Of a stretch of DNA of 64,000 nt, positions 52,123-61,942 are shown piece by piece (the stretch's first letter is position 1; each line of letters opens with the position of its first letter). The position numbers and the translations under genes were made by a program. The DNA lies in contig CBDCWI010000002.1 in the NCBI GenBank assembly GCA_965223325.1, positions 3,616,001 to 3,680,000 of the forward strand. Reading direction: 5' to 3'. The stretch comes from Candidatus Multivoradales bacterium. GTDB taxonomy: Bacteria; Acidobacteriota; Thermoanaerobaculia; Multivoradales; Multivoraceae. The notes beneath the pieces were generated by a model. That model was given only the letters and a program-made list of their open reading frames with translations. It searched no databases and was not told the origin of the DNA.

Positions 52123-53190
52123 ATGCCTCGATTCCCTCTTGCGCTCCGGCTTCCCAGGCCGGTGCTTCTACTGCTGGCTGCCGTTCCCCTCACCATGGCG
52201 AGCCTGCTGGTCACGGCCTGTGGTGACGAGCGAACGGCACTGGTTGTCTACTCGCCGCATGGCCGCGATCTCCTGCAGCTGGTCGAAGCCGCCTGGGAGG
52301 AAAAGCACCCCGACATCGACCTGCGTTTCCTCGACATGGGTTCCCAGGAGGTCTATGACCGGGTGCGTTCCGAGCGCGCGAACCCACAGGCAGACGTCTG
52401 GTTTGGAGGCCCCTCGACGATTCTCGGGCGCGCCGCTTCCGAAGAGCTGCTCGAACAGCACGCCCCGGCCTGGGCCGATCGTGTGCCTGCCCCCGGTCGT
52501 GATGCCGGCGGCCGTTGGTATGCGCTTTACCGCACGCCGACCTTGATCGTCTTCAACCGCGACGCGGTGGCAGAAGAAGAGGTTCCGCTCGACTGGCAGG
52601 ATCTGCTCCGCGAGCGTTGGCGCGACGAGATCGTCATTCGCGACCCGCTCGCGTCAGGCACCATGCGCACGATCTTCGGCTATCACGTGTCGAAGTCGAT
52701 CGCCGAGACGGGCTCGACCGAGCGGGGCTTCGACTACCTACGTGGGCTCGATGCGCAGACTCGGGAGTACGTCCACAGCCCGGCGATCCTGCACGAGAAG
52801 ATCGTTCGCCAGGAAGGCCTGGTGAGTCTCTGGGAGCTCACCGACATCCTCAACCTCATCGATGGCGGTGCTCCGCTCGGCTACCGCTTTCCGAAGAGCG
52901 GAACTCCCGTCATTCCAGACTCGGTGGCGCTGGTTGCCGGCGCACCGCATCGTGCGGCGGCGGTCGAGTTTCTCGATTGGCTGGGGAGCGACGAGGCGCT
53001 CGAGTTGGCCGCCCGCGGTGCGCACCGGCTACCAGCGCTCGAAGGGCTCGACGCATCGAAGATGCCGCCCTGGATCGCAGACGTGACCGCGTCTCTGGTT
53101 CCGGCGGAGGTCGACTGGCGGGCACTCGAAGAGGACGGTCCAGACTGGATGGCAGAGTGGGACCAAACCGTCCGTGGCCGCGGAGAGTAG
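52123..53190 (+). CDS. ABC transporter substrate-binding lipoprotein (Fe3+/AfuA-like)
   Basis: Lipobox VTAC, LVVYSPHG, ERANPQADVWFGG, DPLASGT. Confidence 0.88.
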   Translation: MPRFPLALRLPRPVLLLLAAVPLTMASLLVTACGDERTALVVYSPHGRDLLQLVEAAWEEKHPDIDLRFLDMGSQEVYDRVRSERANPQADVWFGGPSTILGRAASEELLEQHAPAWADRVPAPGRDAGGRWYALYRTPTLIVFNRDAVAEEEVPLDWQDLLRERWRDEIVIRDPLASGTMRTIFGYHVSKSIAETGSTERGFDYLRGLDAQTREYVHSPAILHEKIVRQEGLVSLWELTDILNLIDGGAPLGYRFPKSGTPVIPDSVALVAGAPHRAAAVEFLDWLGSDEALELAARGAHRLPALEGLDASKMPPWIADVTASLVPAEVDWRALEEDGPDWMAEWDQTVRGRGE

Positions 53191-54298
53191 CTCCCAGGTA
53201 GCGCTTGATGCGCCACCGTTTGCCGAGTACCGAGGGGTCTACAAGTCCTTCGGCGGGCAGGTGGTGCTCGAGAACCTCGACCTCGAGATCGGGCGCGGTG
53301 AGGTGTTGGCGTTGCTTGGTCCGAGCGGGAGCGGCAAGACCACCGCGCTTCGTTTGATGGCGGGCTTCGAAACCCTTGACGAGGGCGAGATCCTGGTCGA
53401 GGGTCAACCGGTCCATGACATGCCGGCGCGCCGGCGCGGCTTTGGGATGGTGTTTCAAAGCTACGCCCTGTTTCCCCACCTCACGGTTTCACAGAACATC
53501 GGCTTTGGACTCGAGGCACGAGGCGCGACGGCGGCTGAGATTCATGCTCGGGTCGAGGCGCTGTTGCGCATGGTCGATCTGGTGGGCTTCGAAGACCGCT
53601 ACCCGGCTGAGGTTTCCGGTGGCCAGCAGCAGCGCGTCGCTCTGGCGCGGGCGCTCGCTCCGCGCCCGGCCCTCCTGTTGCTGGACGAGCCGCTTTCCAA
53701 TCTCGATCCCGACCTCCGCGAACGAACCCGCGACGCACTGGGTGCGGTTCTCGCCGAAAGCGGCACGACGACCCTCCTGGTGACCCACGAGCAGGAAGAA
53801 GCGTTCGACCTCGGCGATCGGGTCGCGGTCCTCAACCGCGGCCGGCTCGAACAAGTCGGTCGATCGCGCCAGTTGTACGACGCACCGGAAACCGCCTTCG
53901 TTGCTTCCTTCGTTGGCCGGATCGGGTTCCTGGATGCAGTGCTCGAGGAGACCGGTGCGCAATCCGGGCGAGTGCGTATTCTCGGAGCCCCCGGTCAACC
54001 GAGCCCGGCCGATTGGCAGGTCAAGGCGCCAGGTCAGTGCGCCCTCGGCGACCAGGTGCTCCTGGGGGTTCGACCTGAGTGGCTCGAGGTGGTTGAACCC
54101 GACACGCCAGAGGCTCTCTGTGGAGTCGTCGCGCGCCGGCGCTTTACCGGTCCGTTGACCTACCTCGAGGTGGAGCTCGAGCTGGGTAAGACCCTGGAAG
54201 TCGTTGATGCCGAACGGCGCGGTTCAACCGGCGACCGGGTGGGCATCGTTCCGTCGCTGCACTGGCCGAGGGTCTTCCCGATTGACAGCTCCGCCTGA
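53174..54298 (+). CDS. ABC transporter ATP-binding protein (FbpC/PotA-like)
   Basis: GPSGSGKTT, VSGGQQQRVALARA, LLLDEP, TOBE-like C-terminus. Confidence 0.92.
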   Translation: MAAESSSQVALDAPPFAEYRGVYKSFGGQVVLENLDLEIGRGEVLALLGPSGSGKTTALRLMAGFETLDEGEILVEGQPVHDMPARRRGFGMVFQSYALFPHLTVSQNIGFGLEARGATAAEIHARVEALLRMVDLVGFEDRYPAEVSGGQQQRVALARALAPRPALLLLDEPLSNLDPDLRERTRDALGAVLAESGTTTLLVTHEQEEAFDLGDRVAVLNRGRLEQVGRSRQLYDAPETAFVASFVGRIGFLDAVLEETGAQSGRVRILGAPGQPSPADWQVKAPGQCALGDQVLLGVRPEWLEVVEPDTPEALCGVVARRRFTGPLTYLEVELELGKTLEVVDAERRGSTGDRVGIVPSLHWPRVFPIDSSA

Positions 54299-54319
54299 GG
54301 GGAGCTTCCTGGCTCGCGC

Positions 54320-55963
54320 ATGAGAAACGTCACCGTTGCCGCATCGCTTCTCGCTCTTCTGCTGCTCTGGCTGGTGGCCTATCCGCTACTTCTGACCACT
54401 GGGGAAGCGTTTGGGATCGGCGCGGGAGAGCCGGGTGTGTCCTTTTTCGCCGAGTTCTTCTCGCGTTCCGATGAGTGGCGTGCGCTTTGGCGTAGCGCCT
54501 GGGTGGCGGTTCTCTCGGTTGCGCTGGCGGCCTTGATCGGCGTGCCGCTCGGTTTCGTCTTCGAGCGCACCGAGTTTCCGGGGCGGCGGATTCTCGGCGC
54601 CCTGGTTGCCTTGCCGGTGGCGCTTCCGCCTCTAGTCGGTGTGATCGCGTTCCTCTTTCTGTGGGGCGAGTCCGGCATCGTCGCGCGCTCCCTACAAGCA
54701 GCCGGACTCGATGTCAGTTGGCGGTTCACCGGTGCAGTTGCCATTCTGGTCGTGCACGCCTATTCGATGTACGTGTACTTCTACCTCCTGACCCGCGCTG
54801 CACTGGCCCGCGTCGATGCGGCGCTCCTCGAAGCGGCTGCGAGTCTCGGAGCCGGGCGCACTCGCACGCTTTGGCGCGTAGTCTTACCGCAACTGCGTCC
54901 GGCCCTGGTGTCTGCGGCTCTTCTGGTTTTCATGACCGCGCTCGCATCGTTTTCGGCGCCGTACATTTTCGGCGGCGGCTTCCGAGTGATGACGACCCAG
55001 ATCGTCGCCTCGAAGACCAACGGCCAGCTGCAGATGGCTCAGGTCGAAACGGTCATGTTGCTTCTCCTGGCGGCGATCGGCCTGGCGGCGTTTCGCCTGC
55101 TCGACCGCGGTGAACGCTTGACCGGTGGCGAGCGCGGAACGCCGCCGGCGAGAGTCCGCCTTCGCTCAAAACGCGCCCGGCTGCTGGCCGCCATTGTTGG
55201 TTGGGGAATGGCGCTCTTTCTCCTGATGCCGCATGCGACGCTCGTTCTCCTGTCGTTGGTCCCCGCCAACAGCTGGACGACCGAAGCGCTGCCGCCGGTT
55301 CTTTCGCTCGAGAACTGGCGCATCCTGTTGACTGAAACCGAGCGCCTCCGGCCGGGTCTCAATTCCTTGTGGATGGCTTCAGTCGCCACCGTCGGTGCTC
55401 TCGCCCTCGGCTTTCTCGGCGCCAGGTTGGCGCTCGCGCGTCGGGGGTTCCTGGGGCGCTTGCTCGAGGGGCTGTTGGCGTTGCCCTGGGCGGTTCCAGG
55501 CACGGTGTTCGCGATCGCGCTGGCGGTCGCCTGGAGCGTGCACCGTCCGCTCATGGGTCGCCTGGTGTTGGTGGGAACGGTGTTCATTCTGCCGCTCGCC
55601 TATCTGGTGCGCAGTCTGCCGCTGACCAGCCGAGCGGCCTTCTCCGGCCTTCGCCAGCTCGATCCGTCGCTGGAAGAGGCCGCTCAGTCTCTCGGTGCGT
55701 CGGCGGCCAGGACGTTGTGGCGCGTGGTGATCCCGCGCATTCGCCCGGCCCTGGCCGCCGGGGCGGGCCTCGCCTTCGTTACCGCGCTGGGCGACTTCGT
55801 CACCTCGATCGTGCTCTACACCTTCGAGACTCGGCCGATTTCGATCGAAATTCTCTCCGGGCTCAGGCTGCGTGAGACTGGCGTCGCAGCAGCCTACGGC
55901 GTGGTCCTGATGCTGGCGAGCGCCGGGGCGTTCCTGATCTGGGGTCGGGAGTCGCCGCCATGA
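54320..55963 (+). CDS. ABC transporter permease (FbpB-like, duplicated TM domain)
   Basis: Two EAA loops (LLEAAASLGA, LEEAAQSLGA). Confidence 0.92.
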   Translation: MRNVTVAASLLALLLLWLVAYPLLLTTGEAFGIGAGEPGVSFFAEFFSRSDEWRALWRSAWVAVLSVALAALIGVPLGFVFERTEFPGRRILGALVALPVALPPLVGVIAFLFLWGESGIVARSLQAAGLDVSWRFTGAVAILVVHAYSMYVYFYLLTRAALARVDAALLEAAASLGAGRTRTLWRVVLPQLRPALVSAALLVFMTALASFSAPYIFGGGFRVMTTQIVASKTNGQLQMAQVETVMLLLLAAIGLAAFRLLDRGERLTGGERGTPPARVRLRSKRARLLAAIVGWGMALFLLMPHATLVLLSLVPANSWTTEALPPVLSLENWRILLTETERLRPGLNSLWMASVATVGALALGFLGARLALARRGFLGRLLEGLLALPWAVPGTVFAIALAVAWSVHRPLMGRLVLVGTVFILPLAYLVRSLPLTSRAAFSGLRQLDPSLEEAAQSLGASAARTLWRVVIPRIRPALAAGAGLAFVTALGDFVTSIVLYTFETRPISIEILSGLRLRETGVAAAYGVVLMLASAGAFLIWGRESPP

Positions 55964-55991
55964 CGTGGTTTCACAGTGAGGGCCCCTGCCG

Positions 55992-57236
55992 TTGAGGCGC
56001 GAACTCGGCGCCCGGCTCGGCGTCTTGATGCTTGCCGCCTTCGTCGAGACGCTCGGCAACTTCCTCATCCTGGCGCTCTTGCCGTACTACGGCTTGCGCT
56101 ACGGCGCCTCGCCGAGCATGGTCGGCGCTCTGGTGGCGGCCTTCGCACTGGCGCAGATGCTGACTGCCCCACTTTGGGGCCGGCTTTCCGATCGGGTCGG
56201 CAGGCGGCCGGTGATGGTTGCGGGCCTCGCCCTTGCCGCCGTCTCCTACCTGGTGTTTGCATTCGCCGACTCCCTGTGGCTGTTGATGGTGACCCGGCTC
56301 GTGCAAGGAATCGGCGGCGGGACCGTGTCGGTGGTGTTTGCCTACGTCAGCGACGCGGTGGCACCAGAGGAGCGCGCCGAAGGCATCGGTTGGTTGACGG
56401 CCGCCACCAGCCTGGCGGCGATGTGTGGACCCGCGATCGGTTCCTTCGCCAGCCGCTACTCGCCACAGGCCCCTGGGTTGGTGGTTGCGGCCATCGCCGC
56501 GCTGACTGCGCTGGCGCTGTGGTTGCTTCTTCCGCGCACCGCTCGCGAGATGGGTACGACCGCCGACGGTATCGACGATCTTTCCGGGTCACCGGAAGCG
56601 ACTCGCGGTCGAGAAGGTCTTGCGAGGTCCCTGGCCAGCGTTCTGTCGCAGCCCCTTCGGCCAGCGAACTCTCTGATCTGGATCTACAGCCTGTCGATGG
56701 TGGCCTTCACGGCGCTCACCGCGGTGATAGCGCTCTACCTGGACGAACGCTTCGGTATCGGCGAGCAGGACATCTGGATCTTTTTCGTCTACCTCGGTGG
56801 AGCCTCTGTGATCGTGCGCTTGTTCGCCCTCGGTCCTCTGGTGCGCCGGTTCGGTGAGCCTTCTCTACTGCGCGCCGGCGTTCTTCTGTTGGCGGTCGCC
56901 CTGGTTCTGGTTTCGCTGCCGCGTGGGCTCGTTCTTTTGTCGCTGATCTTTCTCCTGGTGCCGATCGGGACGTCGCTTCTTTTCCCGTGCACCACCGCGC
57001 TCGTTACCCGTCACACCGACGAAGAAACAGTGGGTCAGGCGATGGGTGTACAGCAGTTCTTCGGCGGCTTCAGCCGCATCGTGGGCCCGTTGTGGGCGGG
57101 AATCCTCTACGAGCGGGTGAGCATCGGGAGCCCCTTCTGGGTGACCGGCCTCCTGCTCCTCTTTGCCGGCGGCGTTGCCCTTCTGCTTCCGCTAGCTGCT
57201 CCGGAGGAGCCTGGCGGGGCACCCGAAACCTCGTAG
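55992..57236 (+). CDS. MFS transporter (DHA1/TetA-like)
   Basis: GRLSDRVGRRPV motif A, about 12 TMs. Confidence 0.9.
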   Translation: MRRELGARLGVLMLAAFVETLGNFLILALLPYYGLRYGASPSMVGALVAAFALAQMLTAPLWGRLSDRVGRRPVMVAGLALAAVSYLVFAFADSLWLLMVTRLVQGIGGGTVSVVFAYVSDAVAPEERAEGIGWLTAATSLAAMCGPAIGSFASRYSPQAPGLVVAAIAALTALALWLLLPRTAREMGTTADGIDDLSGSPEATRGREGLARSLASVLSQPLRPANSLIWIYSLSMVAFTALTAVIALYLDERFGIGEQDIWIFFVYLGGASVIVRLFALGPLVRRFGEPSLLRAGVLLLAVALVLVSLPRGLVLLSLIFLLVPIGTSLLFPCTTALVTRHTDEETVGQAMGVQQFFGGFSRIVGPLWAGILYERVSIGSPFWVTGLLLLFAGGVALLLPLAAPEEPGGAPETS

Positions 57237-57296
57237 AGGCTCAGTCGCCTTCGCTGTCGCTGGGCGCTCTGGAATGGAGCCCAGACATGAGAACGC

Positions 57297-57325
57297 AAAA
57301 AAGCCGATGTGTCGTGACATCGGCT
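57297..57325 (-). terminator. Intrinsic terminator downstream of tRNA-fMet
   Basis: 9 bp stem AGCCGATGT/ACATCGGCT, 6 nt loop, followed by a T-run on the minus strand. Confidence 0.8.
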
Positions 57326-57376
57326 CAGCAGGATCCAAGGAGGACGCGGGTTTTCGTTTCGCAAACCAATGAGAAT

Positions 57377-57453
<77 letters not shown>

Positions 57454-57470
57454 TCAATTTGCGAACGATC

Positions 57471-57499
57471 AATATAGGTGTCGCTTGGAGCGCTGTCAA
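57471..57499 (-). promoter_or_regulatory. sigma70 promoter for tRNA-fMet
   Basis: Minus strand TTGACA, 17 bp, TATATT. Confidence 0.8.
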
Positions 57500-57518
57500 G
57501 GCATGTGCGGCGACGTGC

Positions 57519-58739
57519 CTACTCATAGCGCAAGGCCTCGATGGGATCGAGCGCCGCTGCTTTAGCGGCTGGGTAGATACCGAAGACGACACCCACCAGG
57601 CTGCAGAAGCCAAAGGCCAGGGCGATGGCCCATGCGGGTACGTACGCGGGTGGAAAATCGCCAGGCAGCAAGTACGAAACCAGCGAGCCGATACCCCAGC
57701 CGAGGGCCACGCCGATGACCCCGCCGAGCAGCGACAGGGTGATGGCCTCGATCAGGAACTGCACCATGATGTCCTTCTTGCGCGCCCCGACCGATTTGCG
57801 AACCCCGATCTCGCGCGTCCGTTCAGTGACCGACACCAGCATGATGTTCATGATGCCGATGCCTCCGACCAGAAGAGCGACGCCGACGACCGCCGAGATC
57901 ACCGCGGTGACTCCGCCGAGGATCGAGCCCACGGCACTCAGGATCTCGTCCTGCGCCTGAATCAGGAAGTCGTCGGGCTCGCCCTCGGGAACGTCGTGGC
58001 GTGCGCGCAGGATGCGCTTGGCTTCATCGCGAATGCGTTCGACCCCTTCGGGGTCTTCTGCCTTGAGGTACAAAAACACCTGGTCGGCGGCGCGCCGCCC
58101 GAAGGACGCGATGGCTGTGTCGTAGGGCAACAGAACCATGTCGTCGGAGTCCTGTCCGAGCGCCTGACCTTGTTCCTGCATGACGCCGATGATGGTCACC
58201 GGGATGTTGCCAACGTACATCTCGAGCCCGATGGGGTCGGCGCCGAGGTCGAGCTCTTCGATAATCGTGGTGCCGATGACGGCGACTTTCCGGCGCCGTT
58301 CGAGGTCGACGCGCATCAAGAAGCGCCCCCGCTCGACACCTTGTCCGGTGACTTCGGGAAAGTCCTCGGTGACCCCGGCGACGATATTGCGCGGTTTGTA
58401 CTGCCGGTCCAGGTACTTGAGGGTCGGTTGGCCCATGACCAGCGGTGAGATCGCCTCGATACCTGGTACCTGATCGCGGATGGCGCGCCCATCGTCCCAG
58501 GTGAGCTTGACCTGGCGAGCGAACATGCCGTTCGAGGTGCGATTCATCGGCACGATGACCACCACATTCGAGCCGGCGCTCTGAAACTGCTGGGTGATCA
58601 TGTGCTGCAGGCCCTGGACGATCGAGATCACCGCGATGACCGCTGCCACGCCAATGATGATGCCGAGCGTGGTGAGGATCGAGCGCATCAGGTTGGCCCG
58701 CAGAGCCTCGAAGGCGATACGGATGTTCTCGAAGATCAT
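57519..58739 (-). CDS. ABC exporter permease (MacB/YknZ-like)
   Basis: [51 protein letters not shown]. Confidence 0.93.
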   Translation of the reverse strand: MIFENIRIAFEALRANLMRSILTTLGIIIGVAAVIAVISIVQGLQHMITQQFQSAGSNVVVIVPMNRTSNGMFARQVKLTWDDGRAIRDQVPGIEAISPLVMGQPTLKYLDRQYKPRNIVAGVTEDFPEVTGQGVERGRFLMRVDLERRRKVAVIGTTIIEELDLGADPIGLEMYVGNIPVTIIGVMQEQGQALGQDSDDMVLLPYDTAIASFGRRAADQVFLYLKAEDPEGVERIRDEAKRILRARHDVPEGEPDDFLIQAQDEILSAVGSILGGVTAVISAVVGVALLVGGIGIMNIMLVSVTERTREIGVRKSVGARKKDIMVQFLIEAITLSLLGGVIGVALGWGIGSLVSYLLPGDFPPAYVPAWAIALAFGFCSLVGVVFGIYPAAKAAALDPIEALRYE

Positions 58740-59422
58740 GCTGCGCGCTGCTCGTCTTTGATGATCTTGCCGTCGCGCAGCACGATGATTCGCTCGGCGT
58801 GTGCTGCGATCTCGTCTTCGTGCGTCACCAGAACGACCGTGTTGCCGGCCTCGTGCAATTCACCGAAGAGCGACATGATGTCGGCGCTGGTGCGCGAGTC
58901 GAGGTTGCCTGTGGGCTCGTCTGCCAAGAGGAGCGAAGGGTCGTTGACCAACGCACGGGCGACGGCCACTCGTTGTCTCTGCCCGCCCGAGAGCTCATTC
59001 GACGTGTGGTGCATGCGCTCCCCCAGGCCAACGCGCTCGAGGGCGGAGCGCGCGCGGTCGCGTCGCGCTCGCCCTGACAGGCCGGCGTAGACCAGCGGGA
59101 GTTCGACATTCGAGAGCGCCGTGGTGCGCGCCAGGAGGTTGAAGGTCTGGAAGACGAAGCCGATCTCGCGGTTTCGAATCTCGGCGAGTTGTTCGTCGTC
59201 AAGCGACTCGACCGCCACCCCGTTGAGCTTGTAGGAACCGCTGGTCGGCGTGTCGAGGCAGCCGAGCAGGTTCATGAGCGTCGACTTGCCGCTTCCCGAA
59301 GCGCCCATGATGGCGAGGTAGTCACCGCGCTCGATGGTGAGGTCGACGCCGTCGAGCGCGCGTACGATCTCGCCGCCGACCTCGTAGGTCTTCTTGATGT
59401 CGCGTACCTCGATCAGGCTCAT
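58736..59422 (-). CDS. ABC exporter ATP-binding protein (YknY/LolD-like)
   Basis: [26 protein letters not shown]. Confidence 0.93.
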   Translation of the reverse strand: MSLIEVRDIKKTYEVGGEIVRALDGVDLTIERGDYLAIMGASGSGKSTLMNLLGCLDTPTSGSYKLNGVAVESLDDEQLAEIRNREIGFVFQTFNLLARTTALSNVELPLVYAGLSGRARRDRARSALERVGLGERMHHTSNELSGGQRQRVAVARALVNDPSLLLADEPTGNLDSRTSADIMSLFGELHEAGNTVVLVTHEDEIAAHAERIIVLRDGKIIKDEQRAA

Positions 59423-60645
59423 GTGTCGCCTGACCGTCGTTCTGGGTCATCTTCGCCGTCTTCCTTGCTGGCGCGAATCGTGTCCCCCGCGGCGAGCTTC
59501 TTGAGTTCCCGGTAGGGGCCGGTGACGATCTCCCGATCCGTCGCGAGGCCGCTGGTGACCTCGATGTGGGTCGCGTCGGCGATGCCGACCTCGACGGGAA
59601 GCGCCTCGGCTTCTCCGTCTTTCATCGCGAAGACCACTTGTGCCTCTTCGTCTTCTTCTTCGAGCAGCTCTCCGTCGGCGGTTCGATAAACCACTGCCTG
59701 GATGGGCACCACCAGCGCACTCTCACGGCGGTCGACCTCGATCTCGGTGCGCGACGACATGCCAGCCCGCAGGCGCTCGTCGGGTGCATCGAGCAGTACC
59801 TTGACCTTGAAGAAGGTCACGTCAGGCTGGCGCGGGTCGCTAAAGCCCGAGCTCCCGATCTCAACCACCCGCCCGCTGTACTCATGGTTGGCAATCGCAT
59901 CGACATGGGCGATCGCGGGCTGACCGAGCCGCACGTCGACGATTTCGTTTTCGTCGACGTCGACCTCGACCAGGATCTCCGAAAGATCGGCGACCGTTCC
60001 AATCACCGAGGCCGGGTTGTTCATGGTGCCCGAGACCACCACCTCCCCTTCTTCGGCGTTGAGCGTGATCACGCGACCGGCGAGCGGTGAGTAAATCGTC
60101 GTCTTGCCGAGATCGTCGGCAGCCTTTTCGAGATCGGCCTCCGCCTGGTGGACGGCTTCGCGGGCTTGTTCCAGGTCGAGCTCAGCCGAGCGATACTCGA
60201 GCTCGACCTGCTCGGAACGCTCCTGCGAGAAGACCTGCTCGCTCAGCAGGCGCTCGGCGCGCTGGCGACGGATCTCGGCATCTGCGAGCCGGATCTCGCT
60301 TTGCCGCAGCCGCGAGCGAGCGATCTCGAGCTGCGCCCTGGCGCGGCTGTGGATGGCCAGGAAGGCCTCGCGCTCGAGCTGCAGGAAAGGGGCACCAGCT
60401 TCGATCTCCTGGCCTTCTTCGACAAACAGACGCTCGATCTTGCCAATGACGTGCGCCGAGATGTCCACCTTGATGCGCGGATCGACGCGCCCGCTCGCCT
60501 TGATGGTCTGGGCGATCGCCCGCACTTTCGGTATCTCGAGGTGGACCTCGGCTCCGCGGCCCTCCCGTTGGCCGCCGAAGACACTGGCGAGGACGATGGC
60601 GACGATCGCCAGGGTCATCGCGCCGCCGATTACAAAACGTTTCAT
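59419..60645 (-). CDS. Periplasmic adaptor / membrane fusion protein (MacA/YknX-like)
   Basis: N-terminal TM, alpha hairpin, [27 protein letters not shown]; ATG overlaps the Yip1 stop. Confidence 0.9.
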   Translation of the reverse strand: MKRFVIGGAMTLAIVAIVLASVFGGQREGRGAEVHLEIPKVRAIAQTIKASGRVDPRIKVDISAHVIGKIERLFVEEGQEIEAGAPFLQLEREAFLAIHSRARAQLEIARSRLRQSEIRLADAEIRRQRAERLLSEQVFSQERSEQVELEYRSAELDLEQAREAVHQAEADLEKAADDLGKTTIYSPLAGRVITLNAEEGEVVVSGTMNNPASVIGTVADLSEILVEVDVDENEIVDVRLGQPAIAHVDAIANHEYSGRVVEIGSSGFSDPRQPDVTFFKVKVLLDAPDERLRAGMSSRTEIEVDRRESALVVPIQAVVYRTADGELLEEEDEEAQVVFAMKDGEAEALPVEVGIADATHIEVTSGLATDREIVTGPYRELKKLAAGDTIRASKEDGEDDPERRSGDT

Positions 60646-61352
60646 CCGCCGCTCCTGGCGATGTTGATCCACTGCATGCCGAATTTGGCAAACATCCAGA
60701 AGGCCCACAGAGCGGCCACTGACCAGGTCACGGTTGAGGGTCGAAGCTTCGTCGCTGCCCGAAAACCGATGATCATGAGCGCCAGAACCCAGAAGCTGAA
60801 GAAGTCGAACTGCCGCAGAACCGCGGCGAGCGTCGGTGAAGCGTCGGCGGAGAGAAACGCTGCCGGGTTGGAGGCGAGCAGCCCGTTCTGTAGCTCCGTC
60901 ATGGTCAGCGCGTCGCGCGCCAGGATCATGAAGACCGTGATCACCGTCGCGATGACCATCGGCATCATCGCGTGTGTGGTCACCCCCAGCCCCACCGGAA
61001 AAGTCATTTCACTACCCAGAACCTTGAACACCAGCCAGAAGATCAGCGTGCCGACCAGGATCCCAATCGGCAGCGTCACCAGACTGCCGACCAGTGCGAA
61101 CGCCCAGCCGAACTTGTTCATCATCTCGACGGCCTTTTCGAGGTCTTCTTCCGGAAGATCCTGACCAGCCGTCTGTTGGGCGAGGAAGTCGCCGTAGTCG
61201 ACCTTGCCGTTCGAGGCCAGAGCGGTGGCCGATGCGAAGAGGACGATCAAGAGAAGGGGCACCAACCAGGTCGGGCGCTCGGCGATCGAAGCGAAGGTCT
61301 TTCCCGGAGAGATCAGGGCTCCGAGGGGGCGGAGAAAGCGCGAGTGTTCCAT
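60642..61352 (-). CDS. Yip1-family membrane protein (YknW-like)
   Basis: LISPGKTFASIAERPTW, multiple TMs, DFFSFW; first gene of the exporter operon. Confidence 0.82.
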   Translation of the reverse strand: MEHSRFLRPLGALISPGKTFASIAERPTWLVPLLLIVLFASATALASNGKVDYGDFLAQQTAGQDLPEEDLEKAVEMMNKFGWAFALVGSLVTLPIGILVGTLIFWLVFKVLGSEMTFPVGLGVTTHAMMPMVIATVITVFMILARDALTMTELQNGLLASNPAAFLSADASPTLAAVLRQFDFFSFWVLALMIIGFRAATKLRPSTVTWSVAALWAFWMFAKFGMQWINIARSGG

Positions 61353-61575
61353 GGCTGAGGGTCTCTCGGTGGGTTTCCGGGCTCGGGGGCTTGGTCGTTT
61401 CGTTCGAAATGTCCAGCCGTGCTACGAGGGGCTCATCCCCGCTATTCGCCGGGCTGGCCCAGAAACAGCCCGTCTTCTTCCCACAGGAATGTCTTTCCAA
61501 CAGCACTGTCTACGTCATGGCGGGCGGAATGTCACGTGGTTTCAGCCACTGAAGAAGTCTCGATATGCTCGCCGC

Positions 61576-61917
61576 ATGGCGTCGAACCACCATGATCTCG
61601 ACCAGGTCCCGCCCCGCCAGGCAGCGGAATCGACCGCTTCGAGCGGTTCCTGGCGACCGGTGATCATCACGGCCCTGGTCCTGGGGGTGGTCTTCCTTGC
61701 CCTGGCGGGCGCTAAGGGCCAGCGCGACGTCGCCCTGGCCACCGAGCGCCGGGCGGCGCTCGAGACCGAACTCGACGAGACCAACGAGCGCATCAGAGAG
61801 CTCGAGCGCACGATCGATCGCCTGCGGGGCGATCCGGTTCTGCTCGAGCGTTTGGCACGCGAACGCCTCGGTCTGGCGGCGCCAGACGACGTCGTCCTGG
61901 TCCTTCCCGAGGAGTGA
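61576..61917 (+). CDS. Septum formation initiator (FtsB/DivIC-like)
   Basis: Single TM, coiled coil, DPVLLERLARERLGLAAPDD. Confidence 0.82.
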   Translation: MASNHHDLDQVPPRQAAESTASSGSWRPVIITALVLGVVFLALAGAKGQRDVALATERRAALETELDETNERIRELERTIDRLRGDPVLLERLARERLGLAAPDDVVLVLPEE

Positions 61918-61942
61918 TCGCAGCTCTTTTCCGGTTCCTGGC

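Noticed and set aside
57519-61352. Exporter as part of a bacteriocin/RiPP cluster
   Set aside because: No precursor or modification genes adjacent; matches an ordinary YknWXYZ-like layout
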